From: an uncultured Prevotellaceae bacterium
Lineage (GTDB): Bacteria; Bacteroidota; Bacteroidia; Bacteroidales; Muribaculaceae
Direction: 5' to 3'
Assembly (NCBI GenBank): GCA_900318865.1
Contig: ONMF01000009.1
Span: 25,042-89,041, forward strand
Length of the DNA stretch: 64,000 nucleotides
A program made the translations under genes and the position numbers. The notes below the pieces were generated by a model. That model did not search any database, was not told the DNA's origin, and worked only from the letters and a program-made list of their open reading frames with translations. Within the stretch, counting starts at the first letter, position 1, and every line of letters starts with the position of its first letter. Positions 41,257-50,980 of the stretch are shown here, piece after piece.

Positions 41257-41323
41257 AACTTGCGCAAAGATAATCAATCACGTCCGTTCACGCAATAACC
41301 ATGCGGCAATACCACCAAAAAAG

Positions 41324-41353
41324 AGCCGGCGCATGCATGGTGCGCCAGCTCTC
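41324..41353 (-). terminator. Terminator after 41386-42879
   Basis: GAGCCGGCGCA...TGCGCCAGCTC followed by a T-run on the minus strand. Confidence 0.6.
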
Positions 41354-41385
41354 GTTAGTCATTTAGGCAATAGGCCGGTGTGATA

Positions 41386-42879
41386 TTATTTCACAAATTT
41401 CTGGCCATTTTGAATCACGATGCCGCGGTAGTCGGCATTGACGCGCTGCCCCATCACGTTAAACATGGGCTGGGCGGGGTCAAAGCCCTTTTTAGCGGTC
41501 GAGATTTCGGTGACACCAGTGGGAAGGGGATTTACAAAGTAGGCGTTGCCCACAATGAACGATTCGGTGCCATCGCCGTTGGCAAAGCCGTCGACCTGCC
41601 CGGCGGCGCCCTCGGCCACCACTTTGCTCACATATTTCATTTGCCACAACTGGGCCATGTTCAGACCTTTGTCAATCAGGTCCTGAACGGAAATTTCGAA
41701 GGCGTTCCACTGCCCGCCGGTGAGCGAGTGCTGGGAGCCCTTCTCAGGAGCGTTGCGGGTGATGGGCACGATGGCCAGCGTCATGTCCTGCATGGGATAG
41801 ATGTCGTAGTGCAGGGTGGAGAATTCGGTGGCATCCACATCGGTAAATTGCGACCCGAAATAATGGAAATTGCTGATCATGTAGCCTTCCTTGCCCTGAA
41901 TGTTGATAATGTTGCCGCTACCGCCGCCCCAGCTGTCAAAGAAATAGCCACCGGCATTGCCGATGTAGGGCGAGAATAGGCTCAGGTATTCCCCTTTCAC
42001 GGGCTCGGGAATGGCGGGAATCTCCTCGGTGGTGAATGGCAGGCGTGTGGCTTCCGACGCATTGTCCTTCTCGTCGACTGCAACCACGTTCACGGTGTAG
42101 GCTGTACCGGTAGCCAGCCCGGTGAGTTCCAGGGAAACCTCGGCACCATTGGCTGCCGTTTTGCGCCACGAGTTTCCAGTGGCGGGATCGGTCACGGTGA
42201 AGTAGATGTTCTCGCTCAGGTTGTCGGTGGCCTTGAGTGTGAGGGTGGCGCTTGTGGCGGTCACGGCATCCACTTGAGCGGTGACAATCACGGGCGCTTC
42301 GTTATCGTCGTACTGGGCGGTCTCCTTGTAGAAGTACACGTTGCCCACGATAAAGGTTTCGGAGCCGTTGCCGTTGGCAAAGCCGTCGGGCTGCCCAGCA
42401 GCGCCCTCGGCCACCACCTTGCTCACATATTTAATTTGGAAGACGTTGGCCATGTTGGCCCCTTTGTCCACAAAGGTTGAGACCGACAGGTCGAAAGAGT
42501 TCCATTGTCCGCCTGTGAGCGACTGCTGGAGGCCCTTCTCGGCCGCGCCGGTGATGGGCACGATGGCCAGGGTCATGTCCTGCATGGGATAGATGTCGAA
42601 GTGCAGATAGTCCATGGCTGTGGCATCAATGGCCGCGAAGCCCGAGCCAAAGTAGGCGAAGTTGCTGATTTGGTAGGCTTGCTTGCCCTGGATGTCGATG
42701 TATTGTCCGGTACCGCCGCCCCAGCTGTCGAAGGCATAGCCCTCGGCGTTGCCCAAAGCTGCAGAATAGACGGTTTGATAATTGGTGACATCAGGCACCG
42801 GAATGGCGCTGATTTCTTGCGCGCTTGCAGACCATGCTCCAGCGAGCAACATGGCTGCCATGATAATGGTTTTCTTCAT
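41386..42879 (-). CDS. Secreted protein with two copies of an unnamed ~170-aa CBM-like domain, a central FN3/Ig domain and a T9SS-like tail
   Basis: Duplicated FDSWGGG..ISNF.YFGS..DIYPMQDMTLAIVP..SLTGGQWN..KYVSKVVAEGAAGQ.DGFANG; ends FNVMGQRV...GIVIQNGQKFVK. Confidence 0.8.
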   Translation of the reverse strand: MKKTIIMAAMLLAGAWSASAQEISAIPVPDVTNYQTVYSAALGNAEGYAFDSWGGGTGQYIDIQGKQAYQISNFAYFGSGFAAIDATAMDYLHFDIYPMQDMTLAIVPITGAAEKGLQQSLTGGQWNSFDLSVSTFVDKGANMANVFQIKYVSKVVAEGAAGQPDGFANGNGSETFIVGNVYFYKETAQYDDNEAPVIVTAQVDAVTATSATLTLKATDNLSENIYFTVTDPATGNSWRKTAANGAEVSLELTGLATGTAYTVNVVAVDEKDNASEATRLPFTTEEIPAIPEPVKGEYLSLFSPYIGNAGGYFFDSWGGGSGNIINIQGKEGYMISNFHYFGSQFTDVDATEFSTLHYDIYPMQDMTLAIVPITRNAPEKGSQHSLTGGQWNAFEISVQDLIDKGLNMAQLWQMKYVSKVVAEGAAGQVDGFANGDGTESFIVGNAYFVNPLPTGVTEISTAKKGFDPAQPMFNVMGQRVNADYRGIVIQNGQKFVK

Positions 42880-42928
42880 TGTTTTGTTAGTTTTTTTGAT
42901 GATTGGTTAATGTGTTGAGTTATGAAAA

Positions 42929-45900
42929 TCATTCTTGTTCCATAAGGATGTTGACCAGTGCCGTGATGTCGGCCACGGAAACCTCGCCGTCCTTGTTGAC
43001 ATCGGCCGAGGGATAGTCCTCGACCGAGGGCGCTTCGTTTTCCAAGATGATGTTGACCAGTGCTGTGACATCGGCCACGGAAACCTCACTGTCGTTGTTG
43101 ACATCGCCCAGCAGCGAGGTGGGAGGAATGGCGTCCTTGCGATAGAAGAACACGGCATCGAGGCTCACGTTCACGCCCTGATTTCCGCCGCTGAGCAAGG
43201 CGATGGCGTTGTCGAGATAGTTGCCGGCATTGTCAAAAATGGGATTGGCAAACTCTTGGAGCTTGCTCACGGGGATGTCGAAATTGTACCACTTGCCGTC
43301 GCGATAGAAGTCGCCCAGCAGGCCGTAGAGGGTGCCATTGTCGTTGAAGGCCGCCCGTCCCAGTGAGAACTTGGCGCTACCCGCCCAGATGGCGTGCGAC
43401 ACATGCTGTGCATCGTCGCCCTTGATGGCGAAGTGCAGGTAGTAGCTGTCGTCAATCATCGACAGGTCTTTACCGGTTCCGGTGCCGCCCGTCGAGGCGA
43501 AGCCCAGTCCCGACCATGAGCCGTTGGCCACTTTCACGGCGGTATACTCCTCCTCGTAACCCATGGAGTTCACTCCCTGGCTGGCAGTGCTTTGGTAGGT
43601 TCCTTCCCAGATGTAGAGGAAGTTGCTCGTGTCGTTGGGGCGATAGTCGGCCAGCGTCAGCGCCTTGATTTGCTGGGCTTCTTCCTCACCCAGGGCGATG
43701 AGCACATAGTCGCGGCCTGCCGTCAAGTCGAATGTGGCGTGCCCGTCGTCGTCGAGAGCCGGACTGCCGTAGCGGCCCAGCACGGGGTCGATGTCTTCGG
43801 CCGTGCCATCGTCACTGTGGCGCTTGTAGAAGAACACATTGTCAAATTGCAACTCTGTGCCCGTGGCGCCGCCGCTCAGGAACGAAATCACGTTGCCCTT
43901 GAAGGCGTTCTGACCGCCATCGCCGGTAAACATCTCTCCGTAGAGCGAGCGCAGTTCGGCCAGCGGAATGTCGAAGCTGTACCACTGTCCGTCGCGGCGG
44001 TAGTCGCCCAGCATGATGGGCCCCGATGAACTATTGCCAATCACAAACTGCGCACTGCCCACGCCCACGGTGTGGCTGGCATGGCGCACCACATCGTTGC
44101 CTTTCATGGCAAAGTGCAGGTAGTATCCATCTTCGGCCAGCATCGACAGGTCTTTGCCGGCTCCGGTGCCGCCCGTCGAGGCATAGCCCAGTCCCGACCA
44201 TCCCACGGAGTTCACCACAAAGTGATTGAACGCCTCATTGAGGCCGAAGGAGTTGAGACCCTCGCTGTCCACGCTGGTGTAGGTTTTTTCCCAAATGTAG
44301 AGGAAGTTGTTCTCATCGTCCACGCTGTAGTCGGCACGCACGCGGTCGCCCATCTGGTCGATGACACCCTGGCTGGCCCCGATCACCACGTAGTCGTAGC
44401 CGTCGGCGAAATCGAAGGTTGACTGGCCGTTGTCGTCGAGCGAGCGTTGCGCGTATTGTCCTATTTGGGTGTCGGTGTCGTCGGTGGGGGGCTCGGTGTC
44501 GACTTGCGGATTCTTATAGAAGAACACGTTGTCGAATTGCAACTCGGCACCGGCAATACCGCCGCTGAGGAAGTAGAGCACGTTGTCCTTGCGGTTACTC
44601 GCGTCGGTGTAGAGCGGGTCGCTCAGGCTCTTGAGTACCGACACCGGAATGTCGAACGAGCACCACCGCCCGTCGCGTTTGAAGTCGCCCAGCACAGGAA
44701 GTGCCTTGCCGTTGTCGTTGAACGGCGACGCACCGATTGTGAATGCCGCCGACCCGACATACACGGCGTGAGCCGTGTGCATCAGCGGGTCGGTGCCGCG
44801 CATGGCAAAGTGCAGGATGTAGCCATCCTCATCGAGCATCGACAGGTCTTTGCCGGCTCCGGTGCCGCCCGTCGAGGCATAGCCCAGCCCCGACCATCCC
44901 ACGGAGTTGACGATGAAGCGGTTGTATTCTTCCTCAAGCCCAAAGGAGTTGACTCCTTCAGAGGGCTTGGCGGTGTAGGTTTTTTCCCAAATGTAGAGGA
45001 AGTTGTTCTCGTCGTCCACGCTGTAGTCGGCACGCACGCGGTCGCCCATCTGGTCGATGACGCCCTGGCTGGCCCCAATCACCACAAAGTCGGTGGCATT
45101 GGTGAAATCGAAGGTGGAGCTGCCACTCTCGTCGAGCGATAGGCTGCCGTAGCGTCCCAGCTGTGTGGTGGTGTCTTCTTCTATCTCGCCCGGCCCGTCA
45201 TCGCCTTCGCTGCCATCGGGGGTGAAGTAGTTCTTCTCGTCGGCCTTCTGGTAGACGCGCACATAGTCCACTTCCATCGTCTGCTCACCGCCGTTCAGCG
45301 CAGTGATTCCACCCGGGTCCAGAATGCCGGGAATGTTGCCGCCCACGGCCACATTCAGCAGCAGGAAAAACTGCTTGTGGAAATAGTTGCCGGCCGAGTT
45401 TTGCTGCGACGTGTCGTTGATGTTCATCTCGAAATAAGGCTCGGTGTCGTCGTCGAGGTACATCGAGATTTTCTGCTGGTCCCACATCATGGTGTAGGTG
45501 TGGAACTGGCCGTCTTGCAGGCTGTAGCTTGCGGTGGTGGTGCGCGAGTACATGGGGTGTTGTCCGTTCTGATAGGGTCCCCAGTGCAGTGCGCTCACGA
45601 AAAAGCGTTCCTGTGTGCCCTCGGTGATGCCTTGGCTGCCACCGGCTTCCAGCACATCGATTTCACCGCAATAAGGCCAGCTCGTGCCCGAATTCAGGTC
45701 ATTGCCCATGAGCCAGAAGGCCGGCCACAAGCCGTTGGCCGTGCGCGGCAACTTGATGCTGGCCTGCACCATGCCGTGCTTGAATGCCACCTTGCCCATG
45801 GTGTTGATGCGGCCCGATGTGAATGACTTGCCGCCATAGCTCTGTCGCCGGGCTGTGATGACCAGGTGCCCGTTGGCCACGCTCACATTGCTCGGCAGGT

Positions 45901-46102
45901 AGTACTGCAACTCCTGGTTGCCGCCGCCATCACCGTTCGACTCGGTGTTCCACACGCGGGTGTCGAGTGCTGTGCCGTTGAATTCATCGGCAAACACCTG
46001 CTCATAGCCCTCGGGGACAGCCGGTTGTGCGTTGGCCGCAAGCCCCATGGTCAGAAGCGCGGCAAGAGCCAGTGCTTTTTTGGTAAAAGTAGTGTGTGTC
46101 AT
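42929..46102 (-). CDS. GH16 beta-1,3-glucanase (laminarinase-like) with three tandem unnamed domains and C-terminal dockerin
   Basis: FADEFNG, NQELQYY, SFTSGRI, GLWPAFWLMG, catalytic WPYCGEIDVLE and VDYVRVYQ; three ~220-aa repeats; twin GDVN.D.EVSVAD repeats. Confidence 0.9.
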   Translation of the reverse strand: MTHTTFTKKALALAALLTMGLAANAQPAVPEGYEQVFADEFNGTALDTRVWNTESNGDGGGNQELQYYLPSNVSVANGHLVITARRQSYGGKSFTSGRINTMGKVAFKHGMVQASIKLPRTANGLWPAFWLMGNDLNSGTSWPYCGEIDVLEAGGSQGITEGTQERFFVSALHWGPYQNGQHPMYSRTTTASYSLQDGQFHTYTMMWDQQKISMYLDDDTEPYFEMNINDTSQQNSAGNYFHKQFFLLLNVAVGGNIPGILDPGGITALNGGEQTMEVDYVRVYQKADEKNYFTPDGSEGDDGPGEIEEDTTTQLGRYGSLSLDESGSSTFDFTNATDFVVIGASQGVIDQMGDRVRADYSVDDENNFLYIWEKTYTAKPSEGVNSFGLEEEYNRFIVNSVGWSGLGYASTGGTGAGKDLSMLDEDGYILHFAMRGTDPLMHTAHAVYVGSAAFTIGASPFNDNGKALPVLGDFKRDGRWCSFDIPVSVLKSLSDPLYTDASNRKDNVLYFLSGGIAGAELQFDNVFFYKNPQVDTEPPTDDTDTQIGQYAQRSLDDNGQSTFDFADGYDYVVIGASQGVIDQMGDRVRADYSVDDENNFLYIWEKTYTSVDSEGLNSFGLNEAFNHFVVNSVGWSGLGYASTGGTGAGKDLSMLAEDGYYLHFAMKGNDVVRHASHTVGVGSAQFVIGNSSSGPIMLGDYRRDGQWYSFDIPLAELRSLYGEMFTGDGGQNAFKGNVISFLSGGATGTELQFDNVFFYKRHSDDGTAEDIDPVLGRYGSPALDDDGHATFDLTAGRDYVLIALGEEEAQQIKALTLADYRPNDTSNFLYIWEGTYQSTASQGVNSMGYEEEYTAVKVANGSWSGLGFASTGGTGTGKDLSMIDDSYYLHFAIKGDDAQHVSHAIWAGSAKFSLGRAAFNDNGTLYGLLGDFYRDGKWYNFDIPVSKLQEFANPIFDNAGNYLDNAIALLSGGNQGVNVSLDAVFFYRKDAIPPTSLLGDVNNDSEVSVADVTALVNIILENEAPSVEDYPSADVNKDGEVSVADITALVNILMEQE

Positions 46103-46314
46103 AGTTTTCAGGGTTGTTAAGGAATAAAACTAAGTTTACTGTGACAAAGATACAATTAAAATCCGAAAAAAACGCCATCACCTCCTTGAATCTGCCAAAA
46201 TGTTGGCCGTAGCTGCCATCCCGCTCGTTTGGCCCGAACATTTGTGGAATTAGTAATTATTTTGTAATTTTGTGGTCGGAATAGAAAACAAACTTTTAAT
46301 TTATATTTCAGACA

Positions 46315-47073
46315 ATGAGAAAGAATATTGTTGCCGGGAACTGGAAAATGAACACAACTGTTCCCGAGGGTGTGAAACTGGCCGAGGATGTGAACGCTGC
46401 AGTGAACGCTGCGGGTGAGCTCAAATGCGATGTGGTGGTGGGCGTGCCCTTCACGCATCTCACAGCTGTGAAGGCTGTGCTGGATGGCGGCAAGGTGGGT
46501 CTGGCTGCCGAAAACTGCGCGGCCAAGGCCAGCGGTGCCTACACCGGCGAGGTGAGTGCTGCCATGGTGGCGTCGACGGGAGCTCAGTATGTGATTTTGG
46601 GTCACAGCGAGCGCCGCGAGTACTTCTGTGAGAGCAACGAGATGCTGAAGGAGAAAGTTGACCTGGCTCTGGCCAATGGGCTGAAGGTGATTTTCTGCTG
46701 CGGCGAGAGCTTGGAGCTTCGCGAGGCAGGAAACTATGCCGACTTTATCGCAGCCGAGATCAGCGAGTCGCTCTTCCACCTCACGGCTGAGCAATGGGCC
46801 AACATCGTGATTGCCTACGAGCCTATCTGGGCTATCGGAACGGGCAAGACGGCCACGAGCGACCAGGCTCAGGAGGTGCACGCCATGATTCGCAAGCTGA
46901 TTGCCGGCAAGTACGGCGAGAAGCTGGCCGATGACACGACCATCCTGTACGGTGGCAGCTGCAAGCCGAGCAACGCGCCCGAGCTGTTTGCCAAGCCCGA
47001 CATCGACGGTGGTCTCATTGGCGGCGCATCGCTCAAGGCAGCCGACTTCATGGGCATCGTTACCGCGTTCTGA
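46315..47073 (+). CDS. tpiA: Triosephosphate isomerase
   Basis: [36 protein letters not shown] and LIGGASL. Confidence 0.98.
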   Translation: MRKNIVAGNWKMNTTVPEGVKLAEDVNAAVNAAGELKCDVVVGVPFTHLTAVKAVLDGGKVGLAAENCAAKASGAYTGEVSAAMVASTGAQYVILGHSERREYFCESNEMLKEKVDLALANGLKVIFCCGESLELREAGNYADFIAAEISESLFHLTAEQWANIVIAYEPIWAIGTGKTATSDQAQEVHAMIRKLIAGKYGEKLADDTTILYGGSCKPSNAPELFAKPDIDGGLIGGASLKAADFMGIVTAF

Positions 47074-47181
47074 AAACACCACGGGGCGACACAATCTACC
47101 ACGATTTTATGACATGCTTGCGCCCTTCTGCTGGACAGCGACGACGGGCCGCAAGCACGTTTTTCAAGACAGGGCAAGGCT

Positions 47182-48090
47182 ATGAACAAAAAGGCAGTTG
47201 TGGTGACTGTGGTGGGCGGGGTGAATGTCGACATCTCGGCCGCGCTGGCATCGACATTCGTTCACGGTGACAGCATCCCGGGCCATGTGGCCGTGGGCTA
47301 CGGCGGTGTGGCGCGAAACATGGCGCACAACTTGCTGTTGCTGGGCCATGAGGTGCGGCTGGTGACGCTATTCGGCGGCGACGCGTTCGGCGCGATGTGC
47401 CGCGAGGAGTGCCGGCGACTGGGCATGGACTTGTCGATGGCCGAGTGCCGCAGCGACTTGCGCAATGGCCTCTATATGTGTGTGAACGACCAAACGGGCG
47501 ACATGATTGTGGCCGTGGCCGACACCGACATCATTGAGCAACTTTCGCCTGCGTTCCTGGCCGAGCGCATCGAGGTGTTGAACGCTTCGGCGGCTGTTGT
47601 GGCCGACGCCAACCTGAGCACCGCTGCCCTGGCCTACCTCATGGACAACTGCCGCGTGCCACTCATGGTGGATGCAGTGAGCACTGCCAAGGCAGCGCGT
47701 GTGGTGGAGGCTCTGGACGAAAAAACCTCGCGGTGCCTTCACACCCTCAAGCTCAACCGCATCGAGGCGCTCACTGCCACCGGTACAAGCAGCGTGGAGC
47801 ATGCCGCGCAAGCCTTGCTGGCCCGTGGGGTGGGGCGCGTTTATGTGACCCTGGGTGCCGGTGGTGTGTTGTGCTGCGACAGGCAGCACATGGTCTATTA
47901 TCCGTCGCAGCCCGTGGATGTGGTTAATACCACCGGGGCCGGCGACGCCTTTTTGGCGGCCGTGGCTCATGCGCAGCTGGCCGGCGTTTCTTTTCCACAA
48001 CTGGCCATCTATGCACAGCGCGTGGCACGTGCCACCCTGGCCGTGGAGCAATCGGTCAACCCCGAAATTATGAATATTTCTTTCACTTAA
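47182..48090 (+). CDS. psuK: PfkB-family kinase, likely pseudouridine kinase
   Basis: VGGVNVDI, GGVARNMAHNL, LKLNRIEA, VTLGAGG and VNTTGAGDAF; adjacent to psuG. Confidence 0.75.
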   Translation: MNKKAVVVTVVGGVNVDISAALASTFVHGDSIPGHVAVGYGGVARNMAHNLLLLGHEVRLVTLFGGDAFGAMCREECRRLGMDLSMAECRSDLRNGLYMCVNDQTGDMIVAVADTDIIEQLSPAFLAERIEVLNASAAVVADANLSTAALAYLMDNCRVPLMVDAVSTAKAARVVEALDEKTSRCLHTLKLNRIEALTATGTSSVEHAAQALLARGVGRVYVTLGAGGVLCCDRQHMVYYPSQPVDVVNTTGAGDAFLAAVAHAQLAGVSFPQLAIYAQRVARATLAVEQSVNPEIMNISFT

Positions 48091-48100
48091 CCCTTCTATC

Positions 48101-49018
48101 ATGAATCAATATCTGTCAATCTCGCCACAGGTGCAGCAAGCGTTGCAGCAAGGGCAGCCCGTTGTGGCCCTGGAATCGACTATCATCTCACACGGCATGC
48201 CGTATCCGCAAAATGTGCAGACGGCCATGCGCGTGGAGCAAACCATTCGCGATAATGGCGCTGTGCCGGCCACGATAGCCATTATCGGCGGCCGCCTCAA
48301 GGCCGGATGCACCGCCGAGGAAATTGAATACCTGGGCCGCCAGGGGCAAGCCGTGACAAAGGCTTCGCGGCGCGACCTGCCTGTGCTCGTGGCGCGCGGC
48401 CTCGATGGAGCCACCACCGTTACCACCACCATGATTATTGCTGCCATGGCCGGCATCAAGGTGTTTGCCACGGGAGGCATTGGCGGTGTTCACCGCGGCG
48501 CCGAAACTACGATGGACATCTCGGCCGACCTTGAAGAGTTGGCACAGACACCTGTGATGGTGATTTGCGCTGGAGCCAAGTCGATTCTTGACCTGGGACT
48601 CACACTCGAATACCTTGAGACAAAGGGTGTGCCCGTGATTGGCTATGGCACCGACGAGTTGCCGGCCTTCTACACGCGCACCAGTGGACACAAGGTGGAC
48701 TATCGCATCGACACCCCCGAGGAACTCGCTCAAGCTTTCATTGCCAAGATGGCCATGGGGCTCAAGGGCGGAATGCTGGTCACCAACCCCATCCCCGAGC
48801 AGTACTCAATGCCACACGACGTGATTGACCGTGCCATCGACCAGGCTATCGCCGAGGCCACCGAGCAGGGCATCAAGGGCAAGCAGACCACACCCTTCCT
48901 GCTGGCGCGGGTCAAGGAACTCACTGGCGGTGACAGCCTGGATGCCAACATCCAGCTTGTGCTCAACAATGCACGGCTGGCAGCCCTCACAGCACGGGCC
49001 ATTGCCACGCTGCAGTGA
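48101..49018 (+). CDS. psuG: Pseudouridine-5'-phosphate glycosidase
   Basis: VVALESTIISHGMPYPQN, KASRRD, GATTV, FATGGIGGVHR, DISADL and TPFLL. Confidence 0.95.
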   Translation: MNQYLSISPQVQQALQQGQPVVALESTIISHGMPYPQNVQTAMRVEQTIRDNGAVPATIAIIGGRLKAGCTAEEIEYLGRQGQAVTKASRRDLPVLVARGLDGATTVTTTMIIAAMAGIKVFATGGIGGVHRGAETTMDISADLEELAQTPVMVICAGAKSILDLGLTLEYLETKGVPVIGYGTDELPAFYTRTSGHKVDYRIDTPEELAQAFIAKMAMGLKGGMLVTNPIPEQYSMPHDVIDRAIDQAIAEATEQGIKGKQTTPFLLARVKELTGGDSLDANIQLVLNNARLAALTARAIATLQ

Positions 49019-49136
49019 GCTGTAACATAGGGCGAGAGCGGCACCGGAATGCAAAAAAACAATTGTTTATGCATTGCAATTCACCGATTTGCACTATCTT
49101 TGCAGGCGAGTTAAAACAATTAAAGTAGAATTACTC

Positions 49137-49709
49137 ATGTTGATACATCATCTCACAAGGCGGATGCTCATGATGGCGGCCACCACTGTCGTGGCACTGA
49201 TAGCTGTGGCTCAGAAGCCCGACATCGTGAATCACATCACGGCCGGCGGAAAGGTGACCGTGGAGGCCCCGCAAGGGCTCACCACCCGATCCAACGAGGC
49301 CGCCAAGTCGTCGAAAAACGACGACGGCACAAGCGACGACGAAACCGACAAGAATAAAGACAAAGATAAGAAAAGCGAGGATGCCAATCGGCCGGTGAAG
49401 CGCACTCACACCACCCAGCAAACCATTCAGTCGCGCGGCGTGGGCTATCGCATCCAGGCTTATAACGACAACAATCCCAGCACCGGAAAGATCAATGTGC
49501 AGAAACGCGCGCGGGCCATTGCCATGCGCTTCCCGCAATATCGTTCCTATATCTCCTATAATGCGCCCGCTTGGCGGCTCAGAATAGGTGATTTCAAAAG
49601 CCAGGCCGATGCACAGGCGGCGTTGTCACGCATCCGCAGCGTCTTTCCGCAATATGCGCGCGAGATGAGCGTCGTGCGCGACAAAGTTAACGTTTGGAGT
49701 AATGATTAA
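49137..49709 (+). CDS. SPOR-domain protein
   Basis: Signal-like N-terminus and C-terminal GYRIQ...YNAPAWRLRIGDF SPOR domain; start placed downstream of the TATCTTTG promoter at 49095. Confidence 0.82.
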   Translation: MLIHHLTRRMLMMAATTVVALIAVAQKPDIVNHITAGGKVTVEAPQGLTTRSNEAAKSSKNDDGTSDDETDKNKDKDKKSEDANRPVKRTHTTQQTIQSRGVGYRIQAYNDNNPSTGKINVQKRARAIAMRFPQYRSYISYNAPAWRLRIGDFKSQADAQAALSRIRSVFPQYAREMSVVRDKVNVWSND

Positions 49710-50295
49710 GAAATTCTTTGATAAAGACGACCAGCAACTCATCGCCAAGCTGGCCGAGCACTACCGAGCCATCATTGAGCTCATAGGCGAAGACCCCGAC
49801 CGCGAAGGACTTCTCAAAACACCCGAGAGAGCGGCCAAAGCCCTAATCGAGAACACCATGGGTTACTCCCAGGACGCCGAGGCCGTGGTGCGTAGCGCCA
49901 TTTTCGAGCACCCCGGAAGCGAAATTGTTGTGGTCAAGGACATTGAGTTTTACTCGCTGTGCGAGCACCACATTCTTCCTTTCTTCGGAACCGTTTCCAT
50001 CGGATACATACCCGATGGGAGCATCGTAGGCCTGAGCAAACTGGCACGCGTGGTCGAGACCTATGCACGGCGCCTGCAAGTACAAGAACGCATGACCGAC
50101 GAGATTTGCCAGCTGCTCACTCGTGTGCTCTCGTCGCAAGGCGTCATTGTGGTGACCAAGGCACAGCATATGTGCATGATGATGCGCGGTGTGGAGAAAC
50201 AGCACTCGGCCACAGTCACCATGCAGTACAGCGGTGCTTTTCAGGATGTTAATATGAGAGCCGAATTCTTCAGAATGCTCGAAGCACAAAAATAA
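49702..50295 (+). CDS. folE: GTP cyclohydrolase I
   Basis: REGLLKTPERAAKA, FYSLCEHHILPFFG, GLSKLAR, RRLQVQER and HMCMMMRGV. Confidence 0.97.
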   Translation: MIKKFFDKDDQQLIAKLAEHYRAIIELIGEDPDREGLLKTPERAAKALIENTMGYSQDAEAVVRSAIFEHPGSEIVVVKDIEFYSLCEHHILPFFGTVSIGYIPDGSIVGLSKLARVVETYARRLQVQERMTDEICQLLTRVLSSQGVIVVTKAQHMCMMMRGVEKQHSATVTMQYSGAFQDVNMRAEFFRMLEAQK

Positions 50296-50380
50296 ATTGA
50301 TTTTTTTCAGCAAAAATTTTGTCAGTTCCACAAATAGCACTATCTTTGTACCCGCAATAAGGTGAACCACCTTTGCGAAT

Positions 50381-50453
50381 GCGACAATAGCTCAGTTGGT
50401 AGAGCGCGACCTTGCCAAGGTCGAGGTCGCGGGTCCGAGTCCCGTTTGTCGCT
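50381..50453 (+). tRNA. tRNA-Gly (GCC)
   Basis: Cloverleaf GCGACAA/TTGTCGC with anticodon loop TTGCCAA; CCA not encoded. Confidence 0.96.
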
Positions 50454-50463
50454 CAACCCAAAT

Positions 50464-50550
50464 GTCCAGGTGGCGGAATTGGTAGACGCGCTACTTTGAG
50501 GGGGTAGTGCCCGTTCGGGCGTGTGAGTTCGAGTCTCATCTTGGACACCA
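50464..50550 (+). tRNA. tRNA-Leu (GAG)
   Basis: GTCCAGG/CTTGGAC acceptor stem, anticodon loop TTGAGGG, long variable arm and encoded CCA. Confidence 0.96.
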
Positions 50551-50557
50551 ATTTTTA

Positions 50558-50588
50558 AAGCAAGTCGCTGAAATTCAGCGACTTGCTT
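50558..50588 (+). terminator. Perfect 14-bp inverted repeat right after tRNA-Leu (terminator and/or att-arm site)
   Basis: AAGCAAGTCGCTGA-AAT-TCAGCGACTTGCTT. Confidence 0.65.
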
Positions 50589-50980
50589 GTTTTATACCCC
50601 TATTTCTGCGCCGATTTTGCACCGAAGATTGTTATCAACACAGTTTCAGCAGACCGCTGCCGTTCTCGGGCGACAGTGGTCTGCGCTTTAATAATATGAA
50701 CTGATGTATATTCTAATCTGACAACTATAGTCATTAACCCATTCATCAATATGTTTCTGAAATTTATATAAGCAATAATACCCTTGTAATTGGTTCCCAA
50801 AAGTAACCATACGTTTTCCTCTCATATCTTCTTGATAAAATGGACTTACACATACTATAATGTTGTTATGTGTCACATCATTCTTGAGAATTTCAGCTTA
50901 GTTTGATTCATAGATTTTATTTTAGCATGGGCTTGTTGAAGGATTTTGCCAAATGTAAGTGTGTTTTTCATCGTTAGTGT

